Assembly: GCA_944390915.1 (NCBI GenBank)
Contig: CALXRS010000004.1
Span: 269 to 64,268, forward strand
Direction: 5' to 3'
DNA from: an uncultured Alphaproteobacteria bacterium
GTDB lineage: Bacteria > Pseudomonadota > Alphaproteobacteria > RF32 > CAG-239
Length of the DNA: 64,000 nt
Shown here: positions 18,100 to 30,254 of the stretch, piece by piece
Layout of the letters: each line of letters begins with the position of its first letter
How positions within the stretch are numbered: the first letter of the stretch is position 1
The notes under the pieces: generated by a model
Seen by the model: the letters and a program-made list of their open reading frames with translations, nothing else
Told to the model about the DNA's origin: nothing
Database searches by the model: none
Position numbers and translations under genes: made by a program

Positions 18100-18556
18100 A
18101 ACCTCCCTTTCGGGAGGTCTTTTCGTATTGGAGCGGGTGAAGGGATGGGGCGCGACAAATGCTTTTGCGCATTTGCTTGCCCCACTGCGCTCATTCGCAG
18201 GCTTCAGCCTGCTCACCGGCGTTCTTCCGTCCGCCTTTCGCTTGTAGTCGAACCCTCTTCCTCGAGGGTTCAAATCCGCATCTCCCACAATTCCAATACA
18301 AAAAAACCTCCCTTTCTGGAGGTCTTTTCGTATTGGAGCGGGTGAAGGGATGGGGCGCGACAAATGCTTTTGCGCATTTGCTTGCCCCACTGCGCTCATT
18401 CGCAGGCTTCAGCCTGCTCACCGGCGTTCTTCCGTCCGCCTTTCGCTTGTAGTCGAACCCTCTTCCTCGAGGGTTCAAATCCGCATCTCCCACAATTCCA
18501 ATACAAAAAAACCTCCCTTTCTGGAGGTCTTTTCGTATTGGAGCGGGTGAAGGGAT
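18092..18556 (-). repeat. tRNA-linked tandem repeat, 205-bp unit x ~2.3
   Basis: Units start at 18092, 18297, 18502; one substitution seen between copies; each holds the tRNA-Gly 3' 18 nt and its terminator. Confidence 0.95.
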
Positions 18557-18613
18557 TCGAACCCTCGACATCAACCTTGGCAAGGTTGCGCTCTACCCCT
18601 GAGCTACGCCCGC
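18539..18613 (-). tRNA. tRNA-Gly(GCC)
   Basis: GCGGGCGTAGCTCAGGGGTAGAGCGCAACCTTGCCAAGGTTGATGTCGAGGGTTCGAATCCCTTCACCCGCTCCA; cloverleaf, GCC anticodon, encoded CCA. Confidence 0.97.
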
Positions 18614-18759
18614 ATCGTGAATGCGAAGTATTTAATATCATATACAGAAAATATTGCAAGCTTTTTTTATAAAAAAATTTATAAAAATTTACAAACCGGT
18701 TTTCTTCTGCTATATTTGAACCGCGATAATGATTATTAACATCTTAAAATAATATAATT

Positions 18760-19083
18760 ATGTTCTTGACTTTACATCATTTCAGTCTGAGTCCGCCCGT
18801 TTTGTGTCTGTTTGTGGGCGCGTTTGTCGGGGCGGTTTATGTCGTGATTATTTCTCTTTTGCATCCGTTTTGGGTTCGCCGGCGCATACAGAAGGGAAAT
18901 TGGCCGCGCTATCGCAGAAGAATGTTTCTGGCTCGCGCCGGCATGGTTCTTATTTTCAGCGCAACGGCTCTGTCGGCCGTGTATCTGGAAAGTTACAGTT
19001 GGCGGCAGACGGCGTTGATTGCGTTGATGATCGTCCTCTGTCTGCTGGTATATTCCAAGCCTTTTCGCCGTAAGGACAGATGA
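18760..19083 (+). CDS. Small hypothetical membrane protein (3 TM)
   Basis: 107 aa, three hydrophobic segments with basic loops, followed by a hairpin at 19086-19122. Confidence 0.65.
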   Translation: MFLTLHHFSLSPPVLCLFVGAFVGAVYVVIISLLHPFWVRRRIQKGNWPRYRRRMFLARAGMVLIFSATALSAVYLESYSWRQTALIALMIVLCLLVYSKPFRRKDR

Positions 19084-19260
19084 CAAAAATCCGTTTTGCA
19101 TTTTAGATGCAGGACGGATTTTCTTTTTTATAAAAAATTTTTGAACTTTTTGTTTTCTTCGTTCGTTTTTGCCTGTGTACATTAATTGAATGTTAAAGGA
19201 AAACAAATACATTCATACAAAAGACAAGATACGCAAAAACAAACAAATAAGAGAGAAAAA

Positions 19261-20444
19261 ATGAAGTTGGTCAAGAGCAGAAAAAAAGTCGTATTCCTTT
19301 TGTTGGCGGCAGCCGCCGCCATCGGTGTCTATTATCGGTATTTTCAGGTCGAAGAAGAAATTTCCTATATTACCCAGCCGGTTAAGCGGCAAAGCGTGCA
19401 AAAGGTGGTGAACGCCACCGGCGAAGTGCATGCCGTGGATTTGGTGACCGTCGGCGCGCAGACGACCGGACAGATAGAAAAGCTTTATGTGGATGTGGGG
19501 CAAAAAGTAAAAAAAGGCGATATGATTGCCGAGATAGATTCCACCACCCAGCAAAACGAAGTGGATATCAACAAAGTGCGCCTGAAAAGTTATGAGGCGC
19601 AGCTTCGGGCGGCCAAAACTTCGCTTGCAATTGCCGAAAAACAGTATGAACGTATGCAGACCCTGAAAAAGCAAAACGCCGCGTCGGAAGAAGATCTGGA
19701 AAACGCCAAAGATGTGTACGAAACCGCTTTGTCGAAAGTGGCGGAAGTGGAAGCTTCGTTGAAAGAAACGGAAATTTCTCTCAGCACGGCGGAGACCAAC
19801 CTCGGTTATACCAAAATTACCGCACCGCTCGACGGAACGGTCGTTTCCGTGCCGGTCAAAGAGGGGCAGACCGTGAACTCGGCCATGGATACGCCGACGA
19901 TTGTGCAAATTGCCGATTTGAGCCGGATGGAGATTCTGATGGAAATTTCCGAAGGCGACGTCAGCCATGTGCGGGCCGGCAACAAAGTGCGCTATTATAC
20001 GCTGGCGGATATGGACAATGTGAAGGAAACCACGCTGAAATCGATAGATCCCGGGTTGACGCAGCTCACCGACGGACAATATACCGATACCGAAGTGGTC
20101 GAATCGAGCGAGGCGATTTATTATTACGGCCGGTTGGAAGTGCCTAATGAAGACGGCCATCTGCGAATCGGCATGACCACGCAAAACGTGATTTATGTGG
20201 AAAGTGCCGAAAACGTTCTGACCGTGCCGAGCGTTGCCATCAGAAGCGACGCCGACGGCAAATACGTGGAAGTGCTGACTCCCGCGGGCGCCGAGCGTCG
20301 CGCGGTGGAAACCGGTGTTTCCGACGATTTGAACGTGGAAATCAAAAGCGGTGTTCGCAACGGCGAAGAAGTAATTCTGGCGCGGATGTCGTCGTCCGAA
20401 ATTTCCGATAAGGCCGCCAATGCCCGCGGCGCAAGGAGATTTCG

Positions 20445-20448
<4 letters not shown>
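19261..20448 (+). CDS. macA: MacA-type periplasmic adaptor subunit
   Basis: VGAQTTGQIEKLYV, LGYTKITAPLDGTVV, LRIGMTTQ. Confidence 0.9.
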
Positions 20449-22385
<1,937 letters not shown>

Positions 22386-22386
22386 C

Positions 22387-23757
22387 ATGAAAAAATATCG
22401 GACTTTCAAACTTCTTGTCGGATTTTCCCTCTTTTTTGCCGCCGGCTGCGCAACAACCGTGCCGGAACCGTTGAGTTTGGCGGAAGAGCTGAAATATGAG
22501 GAATCCGCGGCCGCGGCCTTTACGGCGGACGAAAACTGGTGGCGGCAATATAATGACGCCGAACTCAATAATTTGGTTGAAACGGCTCTGGCCAACAATC
22601 CGGACTATCTGCGGGCGGCGCTCAACCTGAATAAGGAGCTTTATAACCTGAATCTGGCGGCCTCCGATTTGTTTCCGACGGTTTACGGATCGTTGGACGC
22701 TTCGTCACAACGCAAAATTTACACCGGTGACGATTTCGGCGACAATTTTTCCGGCGATTTGGGGTTGAGCTATGAAGTGGATTTATACGGCAAAATCCGC
22801 AATCTCTATACCGCGCAGGAATTTTCTTATCAGGCGACCGCTCTCGACAAGGAAACGGCACGCCTGACTTTGGTCAACAGCGTGGTCGATCTTTATTTTA
22901 ATCTGGAATATCTGGAAAACGCCATTGACGTTACCAAAGATAATATCCGCGCTTACGAGGATATTAAAAAAATTGCCGAAGAAAAATATAAGAGCGGCAA
23001 AACCGACAATGTAGAGTTTTTGCAGGCTAAACAGAGCCTGCTTTCGGAACAAAACCGCCTGCTTAATCTGGAAACGACGTTTAAGGAAATGGTTGCCAGC
23101 ATGCAAAATATCCTGAACGTTAAAAGCGGGGTGGAAGATATTGCCTTTGGTGATATCCTGAAACAGAAAACCACCGCGCCCGATCTCGACGTGCCGGTGG
23201 CGGTGTTGGCGCGTCGTCCGGATCTGCTGGCGGCACAATATCGTCTGCAAAGCGCTTTTGAAGAACTGAAGGCGGAAAACAAAAGCTGGTATCCGGACAT
23301 TTCCGTCAACGGAGCTCTCGGTTCTTCTTCTTCCAAAGCGCGGACAACTTTTGATTTTTCCTACATTCTCGGCAGTGTTTCCGTTGATTTGCCGTTTTTG
23401 GACTGGAACCGGGTGAAAAACAACATCAAGATATCGGAGGCGGATTATCAGCTGAGCCTGCTTGATTTTCAGGAAACGCTGACGCAGGCCTTGAACGAAA
23501 TTGCCTATTATTACTATGCCTATCTGAAATCGAAGGAAATATTCGACAATATCAGCGAAAACTATCTCAACGCGGTGGAAATTACCGCCTATTACCGCAA
23601 CCGCTACAATTCCGGCAAAGCGGAATTCAAGGATTTTCTGGAGGCCATTTATACCGAAAATTCCCTTAAAACAAGCCTGATTGAGCAAAAATATCAGATT
23701 ATCAAATACGAAAATTACATCTACAAAGCCCTTGGCGCCCGTTATGAAAAGAAGTAA
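22387..23757 (+). CDS. TolC/OEP-family outer-membrane efflux lipoprotein
   Basis: Lipobox FAAGC, NWWRQYND, ALANNPD, LARRPDL, YKALG; third gene of the macAB operon. Confidence 0.92.
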   Translation: MKKYRTFKLLVGFSLFFAAGCATTVPEPLSLAEELKYEESAAAAFTADENWWRQYNDAELNNLVETALANNPDYLRAALNLNKELYNLNLAASDLFPTVYGSLDASSQRKIYTGDDFGDNFSGDLGLSYEVDLYGKIRNLYTAQEFSYQATALDKETARLTLVNSVVDLYFNLEYLENAIDVTKDNIRAYEDIKKIAEEKYKSGKTDNVEFLQAKQSLLSEQNRLLNLETTFKEMVASMQNILNVKSGVEDIAFGDILKQKTTAPDLDVPVAVLARRPDLLAAQYRLQSAFEELKAENKSWYPDISVNGALGSSSSKARTTFDFSYILGSVSVDLPFLDWNRVKNNIKISEADYQLSLLDFQETLTQALNEIAYYYYAYLKSKEIFDNISENYLNAVEITAYYRNRYNSGKAEFKDFLEAIYTENSLKTSLIEQKYQIIKYENYIYKALGARYEKK

Positions 23758-23770
23758 CGGCGGGGAAAGT

Positions 23771-25132
23771 TCAGTTTTTTATTGTTTCCAGCAGTTGCCT
23801 TGTTTTGGCGATTCCGTTACGGGCGTGAACGGCGGCGTTTTCGTGCTTGCCGGTTTCATAAAAATAAAGCGCGTCGTGGTAGCATTCCAGCGCTTCCTCC
23901 AAAGCTTCCGGATTGGCTGAAATTTTTCCTTCCAGATAATAGATTTCGGCAATTTTTTCCTGTATTTGCGCCCAGAAAAAAGGCTGTCGGCTTTCGCTGA
24001 CGATTTTTTGCCGGTTGCGGTAAGCGGCCGCGGCAAGTCGGCAGATCTCCGTATTGCCGGTCAGGCGCGCCAGATTGTGCAGCAGGTAGCCCAGGCTGCC
24101 TTCTATTTTGCTCCAAAATTGCGGAAACTGCGCTTCCGTAAAAATACGTTCGCATTCTCTCAGTTGAGCGACGGAATCGCGCAAAGCCTGTAGATCTTCG
24201 GTACGTTTCCAGTAGTTGTAATACAATCCTGAAAGCTTATAACAAATATGTCCGTAATCGTAGGGATAAGTGTATTTTCCGAAAAATTTCTGAGCCTGTT
24301 GATAAAAACGGATGGCCTCGCGAAAATAAAACCCCGAACGCCGCCCCATGTAAACCGAAGCGTAGTCGTTCAGTTGTCCCAAATGCAGATAAATGCAGCC
24401 GAGTTCGGTCGGTTCGAGTATCCGGTCTCGATATTTCAGGGCGGCCGTGAAAAGGTTGCCGATAATTTCAAAATCGTTTTCGTTGCATTTGTCGGCGGCG
24501 ACAGTCATGTAAATTAAGCCGATCTGGCTCAAAATATAAGGCATGTGGTTCAGATCGAGATCTTTGGCTGAATCGGTTCGGGATATGCGGTCGATGATTT
24601 TGCGCAAAAGATATTTTTTGTATATTTGTTCTTCCCTGCTTGTTCTGCCGACGGCGCTGATGATCGTTCCCGCCAGCAGATCCGGTAACGGCGGCGGCAG
24701 ATTGTGGCCGTTTTCGACGGCGGCGGCCGGCAGGTACATGCTGTCCAGAAGTCTGATAAATGTTTTTTCGCCGTTTTCGTATTGCTGCGGAATTTGAAAG
24801 TTCAGGCGCATCCGGCCGTTGTTGCAATATCCCCAGACGAGGACGTCGGCACCGCTTTTTTCCAGCAAACTCCGCCCCCGGTCAAGAAGATCGAAAAAAT
24901 TGCGGCTTTCAAAATTGAGAAAGGACAAGTCAAAATCAGGCTTGAGGCAAAAAACTTCCAGTCCTTCGTAGTGTTGCAAAAGATCCGTCAATTTTTGTCC
25001 GTTGAAATTGCCGGTGTGATCGTAAAACCCGACAACGGCTGCCCTAAAACGTATTTCCGGTACGGGTTTGCCGTTGTCGGCGGCATCCGGCGCAGAAGAA
25101 AAAATACGATGAAACAGCTTTTTTACGGACAT
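23771..25132 (-). CDS. Hypothetical protein with C-terminal TPR-like repeats
   Basis: N-terminal alpha/beta domain (GADVLVWG) then helical repeats such as EAIRFYQQA, EEALECYHDAL. Confidence 0.75.
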   Translation of the reverse strand: MSVKKLFHRIFSSAPDAADNGKPVPEIRFRAAVVGFYDHTGNFNGQKLTDLLQHYEGLEVFCLKPDFDLSFLNFESRNFFDLLDRGRSLLEKSGADVLVWGYCNNGRMRLNFQIPQQYENGEKTFIRLLDSMYLPAAAVENGHNLPPPLPDLLAGTIISAVGRTSREEQIYKKYLLRKIIDRISRTDSAKDLDLNHMPYILSQIGLIYMTVAADKCNENDFEIIGNLFTAALKYRDRILEPTELGCIYLHLGQLNDYASVYMGRRSGFYFREAIRFYQQAQKFFGKYTYPYDYGHICYKLSGLYYNYWKRTEDLQALRDSVAQLRECERIFTEAQFPQFWSKIEGSLGYLLHNLARLTGNTEICRLAAAAYRNRQKIVSESRQPFFWAQIQEKIAEIYYLEGKISANPEALEEALECYHDALYFYETGKHENAAVHARNGIAKTRQLLETIKN

Positions 25133-26208
25133 TAACGTTCTTTTTCCTTCAGATAGCTTTTGAATTCGTTAACCCGATCCTGCAATTCTTCAAGAACTTG
25201 CGCATTAATGTCTCTGATTGTCTGTTGCGGTGCGCTTACAAAGCGCAGGCGGTAATTCAACCACACGGAAAGCAGCAGCGCGATCAGCAGCAACGACCCC
25301 GGCGCGGGCGAATAGGCCTGAAAACATCCGAGCAGCAAAGTCAACATCTGTGAGCGGATGATTAATGAGGCCGCCTGGTTGGGAGATATGCCGTTGTTAA
25401 CGGCTTGTCTGAAGCCGCTGTTGTCGATTAAATCGGCGTAGCACGACAGAAAGGTTAATCTTAAAATAAGAGCCCAGCAAAAATCGACCAGAGGAAACAT
25501 GATAAAAATAAGGCTGCAGGAAACGGCGCCTTCGGCAGAAGCCGACAAAAGCAATGAAAAGAGCAGGAATCCGAAAGCCGCGGCGTCAACCGATGAAATT
25601 TTAACTCGGGACGGATACCACGAAAAGGTCGTCAACACAAGAAAAACAGCGGTAAAAAACCAGCCCGCCGCCCCGATGAAAACAGGCAGGGCATTGACCG
25701 TGCCGAGAATGCCGACGCCTAAAGAAGCCGCTGCGGAAAAAACCGCCAGAGAACCGTCTCCGTTGTTAACAAAGCGCCAAAACAACGTAAACAGAATCCA
25801 ACAGGCGGCGATCGACAGGCGAGCAGCCCATGCCGGCATAAAGGAAATAAAAAACAAACTTTCTTCCGGCAGAACGACGACCGACAGCATTGCGGCCGCA
25901 AAGACAGCGGCACAGACAGCCTTTTCGTCGGTCGTTTTGTTGCCGACAAAAAGGATAAGCAACGCGCCGGCAAAAGGCATCAGCAATTGCGGCAAGGTAA
26001 AAGACGTTATAAAATCGCGCTCATCAAAGAACAGAAACCAGGCCGCCAGCATAACAGGCAGTAAGACGCCGGCCGCCGGCAAAAAAACCGAACAGCGCCA
26101 ACCCCGTTGTTCAAAAACACCTTTGCGGGCAATGAAAACATAGCGAATCGCGGGAATGATAAAACATAAAAAAGCCAGGCCCAAAACAATAAAAAATGTC
26201 AGGTTCAT
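25132..26208 (-). CDS. MraY/WecA-like membrane protein with degenerate catalytic motifs
   Basis: ~11 TM; RFVNNGDGS and FSWYPSRVKISSVDAAAFGFLL align by eye to NFMDGIDGL and FNWPPAKIFMGDVGSLFLGF. Confidence 0.6.
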   Translation of the reverse strand: MNLTFFIVLGLAFLCFIIPAIRYVFIARKGVFEQRGWRCSVFLPAAGVLLPVMLAAWFLFFDERDFITSFTLPQLLMPFAGALLILFVGNKTTDEKAVCAAVFAAAMLSVVVLPEESLFFISFMPAWAARLSIAACWILFTLFWRFVNNGDGSLAVFSAAASLGVGILGTVNALPVFIGAAGWFFTAVFLVLTTFSWYPSRVKISSVDAAAFGFLLFSLLLSASAEGAVSCSLIFIMFPLVDFCWALILRLTFLSCYADLIDNSGFRQAVNNGISPNQAASLIIRSQMLTLLLGCFQAYSPAPGSLLLIALLLSVWLNYRLRFVSAPQQTIRDINAQVLEELQDRVNEFKSYLKEKER

Positions 26209-26236
26209 GAACAGTGCTCCTTAACCGTTGTTTTAT

Positions 26237-27550
26237 TCAGTTATAATATGTATCGGTTTTTTCTTCAACAGTTATATCTGCGCCGCGTGTCAGGCGAGCG
26301 GCAAAAAAACCGTCCATGCCGGCGCCGATGTCCGGCCGGCAGCGGATGAAGCCGTCTTTTGTCAGCAGCGGTTCGGCCTCTCCGGGGGCAAAAGGACAGA
26401 TGTCGGTTGCGCTAACCGGAGCAACGGCAAAATCTTTTCTGTTTTTTAGAAAACGCCTTATCTGCTCTTCGCCTTCCGCCCGACACATGGAACAGACGGC
26501 GTAAAGCAGGGTGCCGCCAGGTTTGACCGCTTCGGCGGCGGCGGTCAGGAGTTTTTGTTGCAACGGGACGGCGCCGGCGACGTCGGCTGCGGTGCGGGTG
26601 TGGACAATTTCCGGATGTCGGCGCAAAGTGCCGTCGGCGGAGCAGGGGGCGTCAAGCAAAACAATGTCGAATTTTGGCGCCGTCGGCAAGAATTTGAGCG
26701 CGTCGGCGGCAACGACGTTTTCGGCCGTCAGGCGCAAACGGGCCAGATTTTCGGCAAGAGTTTGCAGACGGGCGGCGGAAATGTCGAGCGCGGTCACCCG
26801 GGCGCCTTTGGCCAGCAGTTGCGCCGTTTTGCCGCCCGGCGCGGCGCATACGTCAAGCGCCGTTTTGCCTTTGACGTCGCCGAGCGAGATAACCGGCAGC
26901 GAGGCGGAAAAATCCTGCACCCACCAGGCGCCTTTTTCATAACCGGGCAAAGCGCGCACGCTGCCGGCGTTTGTCAGGCGGATGCTGCCGTTGGCAAGCA
27001 GCGTGCCGCCGAGCGCGGCGCACAGATCTTCGGGGTTTTCGCGGGCGGTGATGTCAAGCGGCGGTTCGGTCAGGGAGGCGCGCTCCACGGCGTCGATTTC
27101 CGTTTTTGTGAGGCTGCCGGTCAGCATTTTGCGAAAAGCCGGCGGAAAAAACGGCAGCGGCGTCAGAGCGGAAAGTTCTTTCGCGTCGCTGCAAATTTTG
27201 CGCAAAACGGCGTTGACGAAACCGCCGGCAAACCGGCCGCTTTTCTTTTTTGCCAGCGCCACGTAGCTGTTGACGGCGGCGTAATCCGGCGTGTCGAAAT
27301 AAAGAATTTCCGCCATGCCGAGCAAAAGCGCCGTTTGCGCGGCGTCCGGCCGGGCGGATATTTTGCGCGCCCCGTAACGGGCGGCGATTTTTTTGAAAAA
27401 CTCCTGTCGGCGGAGCGTGGTTTGCACCAGCCGCAGCACAAAAGCGCGGTCGTGCGCGGAAAGTTCTTCCGGCAGCTCTTTCCGGCGGCCGTCGGCGGCC
27501 GAATCGAGGCTTTGACGGTAGAGCTCAAAGGCAAAATTGCGAATATCCAC
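26237..27550 (-). CDS. rsmB: RsmB/NOP family RNA m5C methyltransferase with NusB-like N-terminus
   Basis: GFVNAVLR, WWVQD, DVCAAPGGKT, LLDAPCS, LYAVCS, DGFF. Confidence 0.88.
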   Translation of the reverse strand: MDIRNFAFELYRQSLDSAADGRRKELPEELSAHDRAFVLRLVQTTLRRQEFFKKIAARYGARKISARPDAAQTALLLGMAEILYFDTPDYAAVNSYVALAKKKSGRFAGGFVNAVLRKICSDAKELSALTPLPFFPPAFRKMLTGSLTKTEIDAVERASLTEPPLDITARENPEDLCAALGGTLLANGSIRLTNAGSVRALPGYEKGAWWVQDFSASLPVISLGDVKGKTALDVCAAPGGKTAQLLAKGARVTALDISAARLQTLAENLARLRLTAENVVAADALKFLPTAPKFDIVLLDAPCSADGTLRRHPEIVHTRTAADVAGAVPLQQKLLTAAAEAVKPGGTLLYAVCSMCRAEGEEQIRRFLKNRKDFAVAPVSATDICPFAPGEAEPLLTKDGFIRCRPDIGAGMDGFFAARLTRGADITVEEKTDTYYN

Positions 27551-27783
27551 TTTGTTCGGGTCCTTTTTTTGGCTTTCTTTGTTGCCAGTTTAAGGAAAAG
27601 CCCCGGCAAATACAAGTGCGAAAATGATTTAACCCTATTGTATTTTTATGAAATATATTATAGCTTATGACACTAAAAGTAACATAAAGCAAAACAGCAA
27701 AAATACGGAGAAAAAAGTTGACGGACGACCATAGCGCAAGACACAACGGCAAATCTTTTGCCGAATGGCAGAAAGACTGGGAA

Positions 27784-30201
27784 ATGGAAGAAAGATACAA
27801 TTTCCGCACCATTGAACATAAGTGGCAAAAAATTTGGGAAGACGAGAAAACCTACAAGGTTGAAATAGATAAAAACAAGGAAAAATTTTATGTGCTGGTC
27901 GAGTTTCCCTATCCGTCCGGCGCCGGTTTGCATGTCGGGCATCCGCGTTCCTACACCGCGCTTGACGTGGTGGCGCGCAAAAAACGGATGCAGGGCTACA
28001 ACGTGCTTTATCCGATGGGCTTTGACGCGTTCGGCCTGCCGGCGGAAAACTATGCCATCAAAACCGGTGTGCATCCGGCTGTGTCGACCAGAGCCAACAT
28101 CGAAAACTTTACCCGTCAGCTGAAATCCATCGGTTTCAGTTTTGACTGGGATCGCGCCATTTCCACCTGCGATCCGGAATATTACAAATGGACGCAGTGG
28201 ATGTTTATCAAGTTTTTTGAAAAAGGCCTGGCCTATAAGGACAAAATAGCCATCAACTGGTGTCCTTCGTGCAAAGTGGGGCTGGCCAATGAAGAAGTCG
28301 TCAACGGCTGTTGTGAACGCTGCGGCGCGGAAGTGGTGCGCAAAAACAAAGAACAGTGGATGATTGCCATCACCAAATATGCCGATCGGCTGATTAACGA
28401 TCTGGACGGGCTTGATTTTATCGATCGGGTAAAAACCCAGCAGATTAACTGGATAGGACGTTCGGAGGGAGCGGAGCTCGACTTCGGGCTGACAGATGCC
28501 GCCGGCGCCCCGCTTGCCGATAAAAAACTGACGGTTTATACCACGCGGCCGGATACGGCTTTCGGCGTAACCTACATGGTGCTGGCGCCGGAACATAAAT
28601 ATGTTTCCGAACTGGAAAACCTGTTTGAAAACAAAGAGGAAATTCGTGCCTATGTTGAAGCCGCGGCCAAAAAGTCGGAACTGCAGAGAACCATGGACGA
28701 CAGCAAAACCGGGGTTGAACTGAAAGGCATTAAGGCCAAAAATCCTTACAACGGCGAGCTGATTCCGGTGTTTATTTCCGACTATGTGCTGACGGGATAC
28801 GGTACCGGCGCGATTATGGCCGTGCCGGCGCACGATCAGCGCGACTACGATTTCGCCAAAGCTTTCAATCTGCCGATTGTGCAGGTGCTGGAGGGCGGCG
28901 ATATTTCCGAACAGGCATGGGAAGAGGACGGCGCGCATGTCAATTCCGGCTTTTTGAACGGTCTGAACAAGGAAGACGGCATGAAAGCGGCCATTGATTA
29001 TGCTGTTGAAAACAATTTCGGTCGGGCAAAAGTGAACTTCAAGCTCCGCGACTGGGTGTTTTCACGCCAACGCTATTGGGGCGAGCCCATTCCGATGGTT
29101 TACTGTGAGCATTGTGGTTGGCAGCCGGTCCCCGAATCGGAGCTGCCTTTGAAATTGCCCGAAGTGCCGGACTATCTCCCAAATGATGAGGGCGAATCGC
29201 CACTGGCCAAGGCCGCCGATTGGGTGAACACGACCTGTCCGAAATGCGGCGGTAAAGCAAGACGCGAAACTGACGTCATGCCGAATTGGGCGGGGTCTTC
29301 CTGGTATTTTCTGCGCTATTGCGATCCGCACAACGATAAGGAATTTGCCTCGAAAGAAGCGCTTGATTACTGGATGAACGTCGACTGGTACAACGGCGGT
29401 ATGGAGCATACCACGCTGCACCTTTTGTATTCCCGTTTTTGGCATAAGTTTCTTTATGATTTGGGCTTGGTGCCGACCAAAGAACCTTATAATAAGCGGA
29501 CTTCTCACGGTATGATTTTGGCTTCCAACGGCGAAAAAATGTCCAAGTCGCGCGGCAACGTGATTAATCCGGATGATATTGTCAGCTCTTACGGGGCGGA
29601 TACTTTCCGGATGTATGAAATGTTCATCGGTCCGTTCGATCAGGTGGCTATGTGGTCGGATGAAAGTCTGATGGGTGTGTATCGCTTTGTCAACAAAATC
29701 TACGGGTTGATGAAAAAGACGGCGCCGGTTGCCCCGTCGGCGGCCGATCTCAGAGCCATGCACAAATGCATTTTGGAAGTGAGCGAGCGAATCGACCAGA
29801 TGCGTTTTAACACCGCCGTTTCGTCGCTGATGACCTATGTCAACTATCTCTCCGCGTTGGCGGAAATTCCGGAGGAATTGTACCTGACGCTGCTTAAACT
29901 TGTTTCGCCCTTTGCGCCGCATCTGGCCGAAGAAATGTGGGCCAGGATGGGCAAAGACAGTCTGATCGTTACCGAAAGCTGGCCGGTGGGCGACCCGAAG
30001 CTGGCGGAAGAAAACACGGTAACCATCGCCGTGCAGATCTGCGGCAAAATGCGCGGCACCATCGAGATGCCGAAAGACGCTCCGCAGGCGGAGGCGGAAG
30101 CCAAGGCGCTGGCTTTGGAAAACGTGGTGCGGCAGCTTTCCGGTCGGCCGGTGAAAAAAATCATCGTCGTTCCCAACCGGATTATCAACATCGTGGCCTG
30201 A
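27784..30201 (+). CDS. leuS: Leucine--tRNA ligase
   Basis: FPYPSGAGLHVGH, GYGTGAIMAVPAHDQRD, KMSKS. Confidence 0.97.
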   Translation: MEERYNFRTIEHKWQKIWEDEKTYKVEIDKNKEKFYVLVEFPYPSGAGLHVGHPRSYTALDVVARKKRMQGYNVLYPMGFDAFGLPAENYAIKTGVHPAVSTRANIENFTRQLKSIGFSFDWDRAISTCDPEYYKWTQWMFIKFFEKGLAYKDKIAINWCPSCKVGLANEEVVNGCCERCGAEVVRKNKEQWMIAITKYADRLINDLDGLDFIDRVKTQQINWIGRSEGAELDFGLTDAAGAPLADKKLTVYTTRPDTAFGVTYMVLAPEHKYVSELENLFENKEEIRAYVEAAAKKSELQRTMDDSKTGVELKGIKAKNPYNGELIPVFISDYVLTGYGTGAIMAVPAHDQRDYDFAKAFNLPIVQVLEGGDISEQAWEEDGAHVNSGFLNGLNKEDGMKAAIDYAVENNFGRAKVNFKLRDWVFSRQRYWGEPIPMVYCEHCGWQPVPESELPLKLPEVPDYLPNDEGESPLAKAADWVNTTCPKCGGKARRETDVMPNWAGSSWYFLRYCDPHNDKEFASKEALDYWMNVDWYNGGMEHTTLHLLYSRFWHKFLYDLGLVPTKEPYNKRTSHGMILASNGEKMSKSRGNVINPDDIVSSYGADTFRMYEMFIGPFDQVAMWSDESLMGVYRFVNKIYGLMKKTAPVAPSAADLRAMHKCILEVSERIDQMRFNTAVSSLMTYVNYLSALAEIPEELYLTLLKLVSPFAPHLAEEMWARMGKDSLIVTESWPVGDPKLAEENTVTIAVQICGKMRGTIEMPKDAPQAEAEAKALALENVVRQLSGRPVKKIIVVPNRIINIVA

Positions 30202-30254
30202 CAACGGGGCGGAACCGTTATCCGCCCTTTGCTTATACGAAAGGACAGAGAGTT

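Noticed and set aside
18092-18556. CRISPR array
   Set aside because: Whole 205-bp units are identical with no unique spacers; no cas genes
17956-18672. Several 66-147 aa ORFs on both strands over the tRNA and repeats
   Set aside because: They overlap the tRNA and terminators and only reflect the repeat periodicity; no protein motifs
16774-19260. Intact prophage or integrative element at tRNA-Gly
   Set aside because: No integrase or phage structural genes, and no distant att duplication seen in the window
27551-27783. T-box leader upstream of leuS
   Set aside because: No T-box consensus (GGTGGNACCGCG) or terminator/antiterminator pair found
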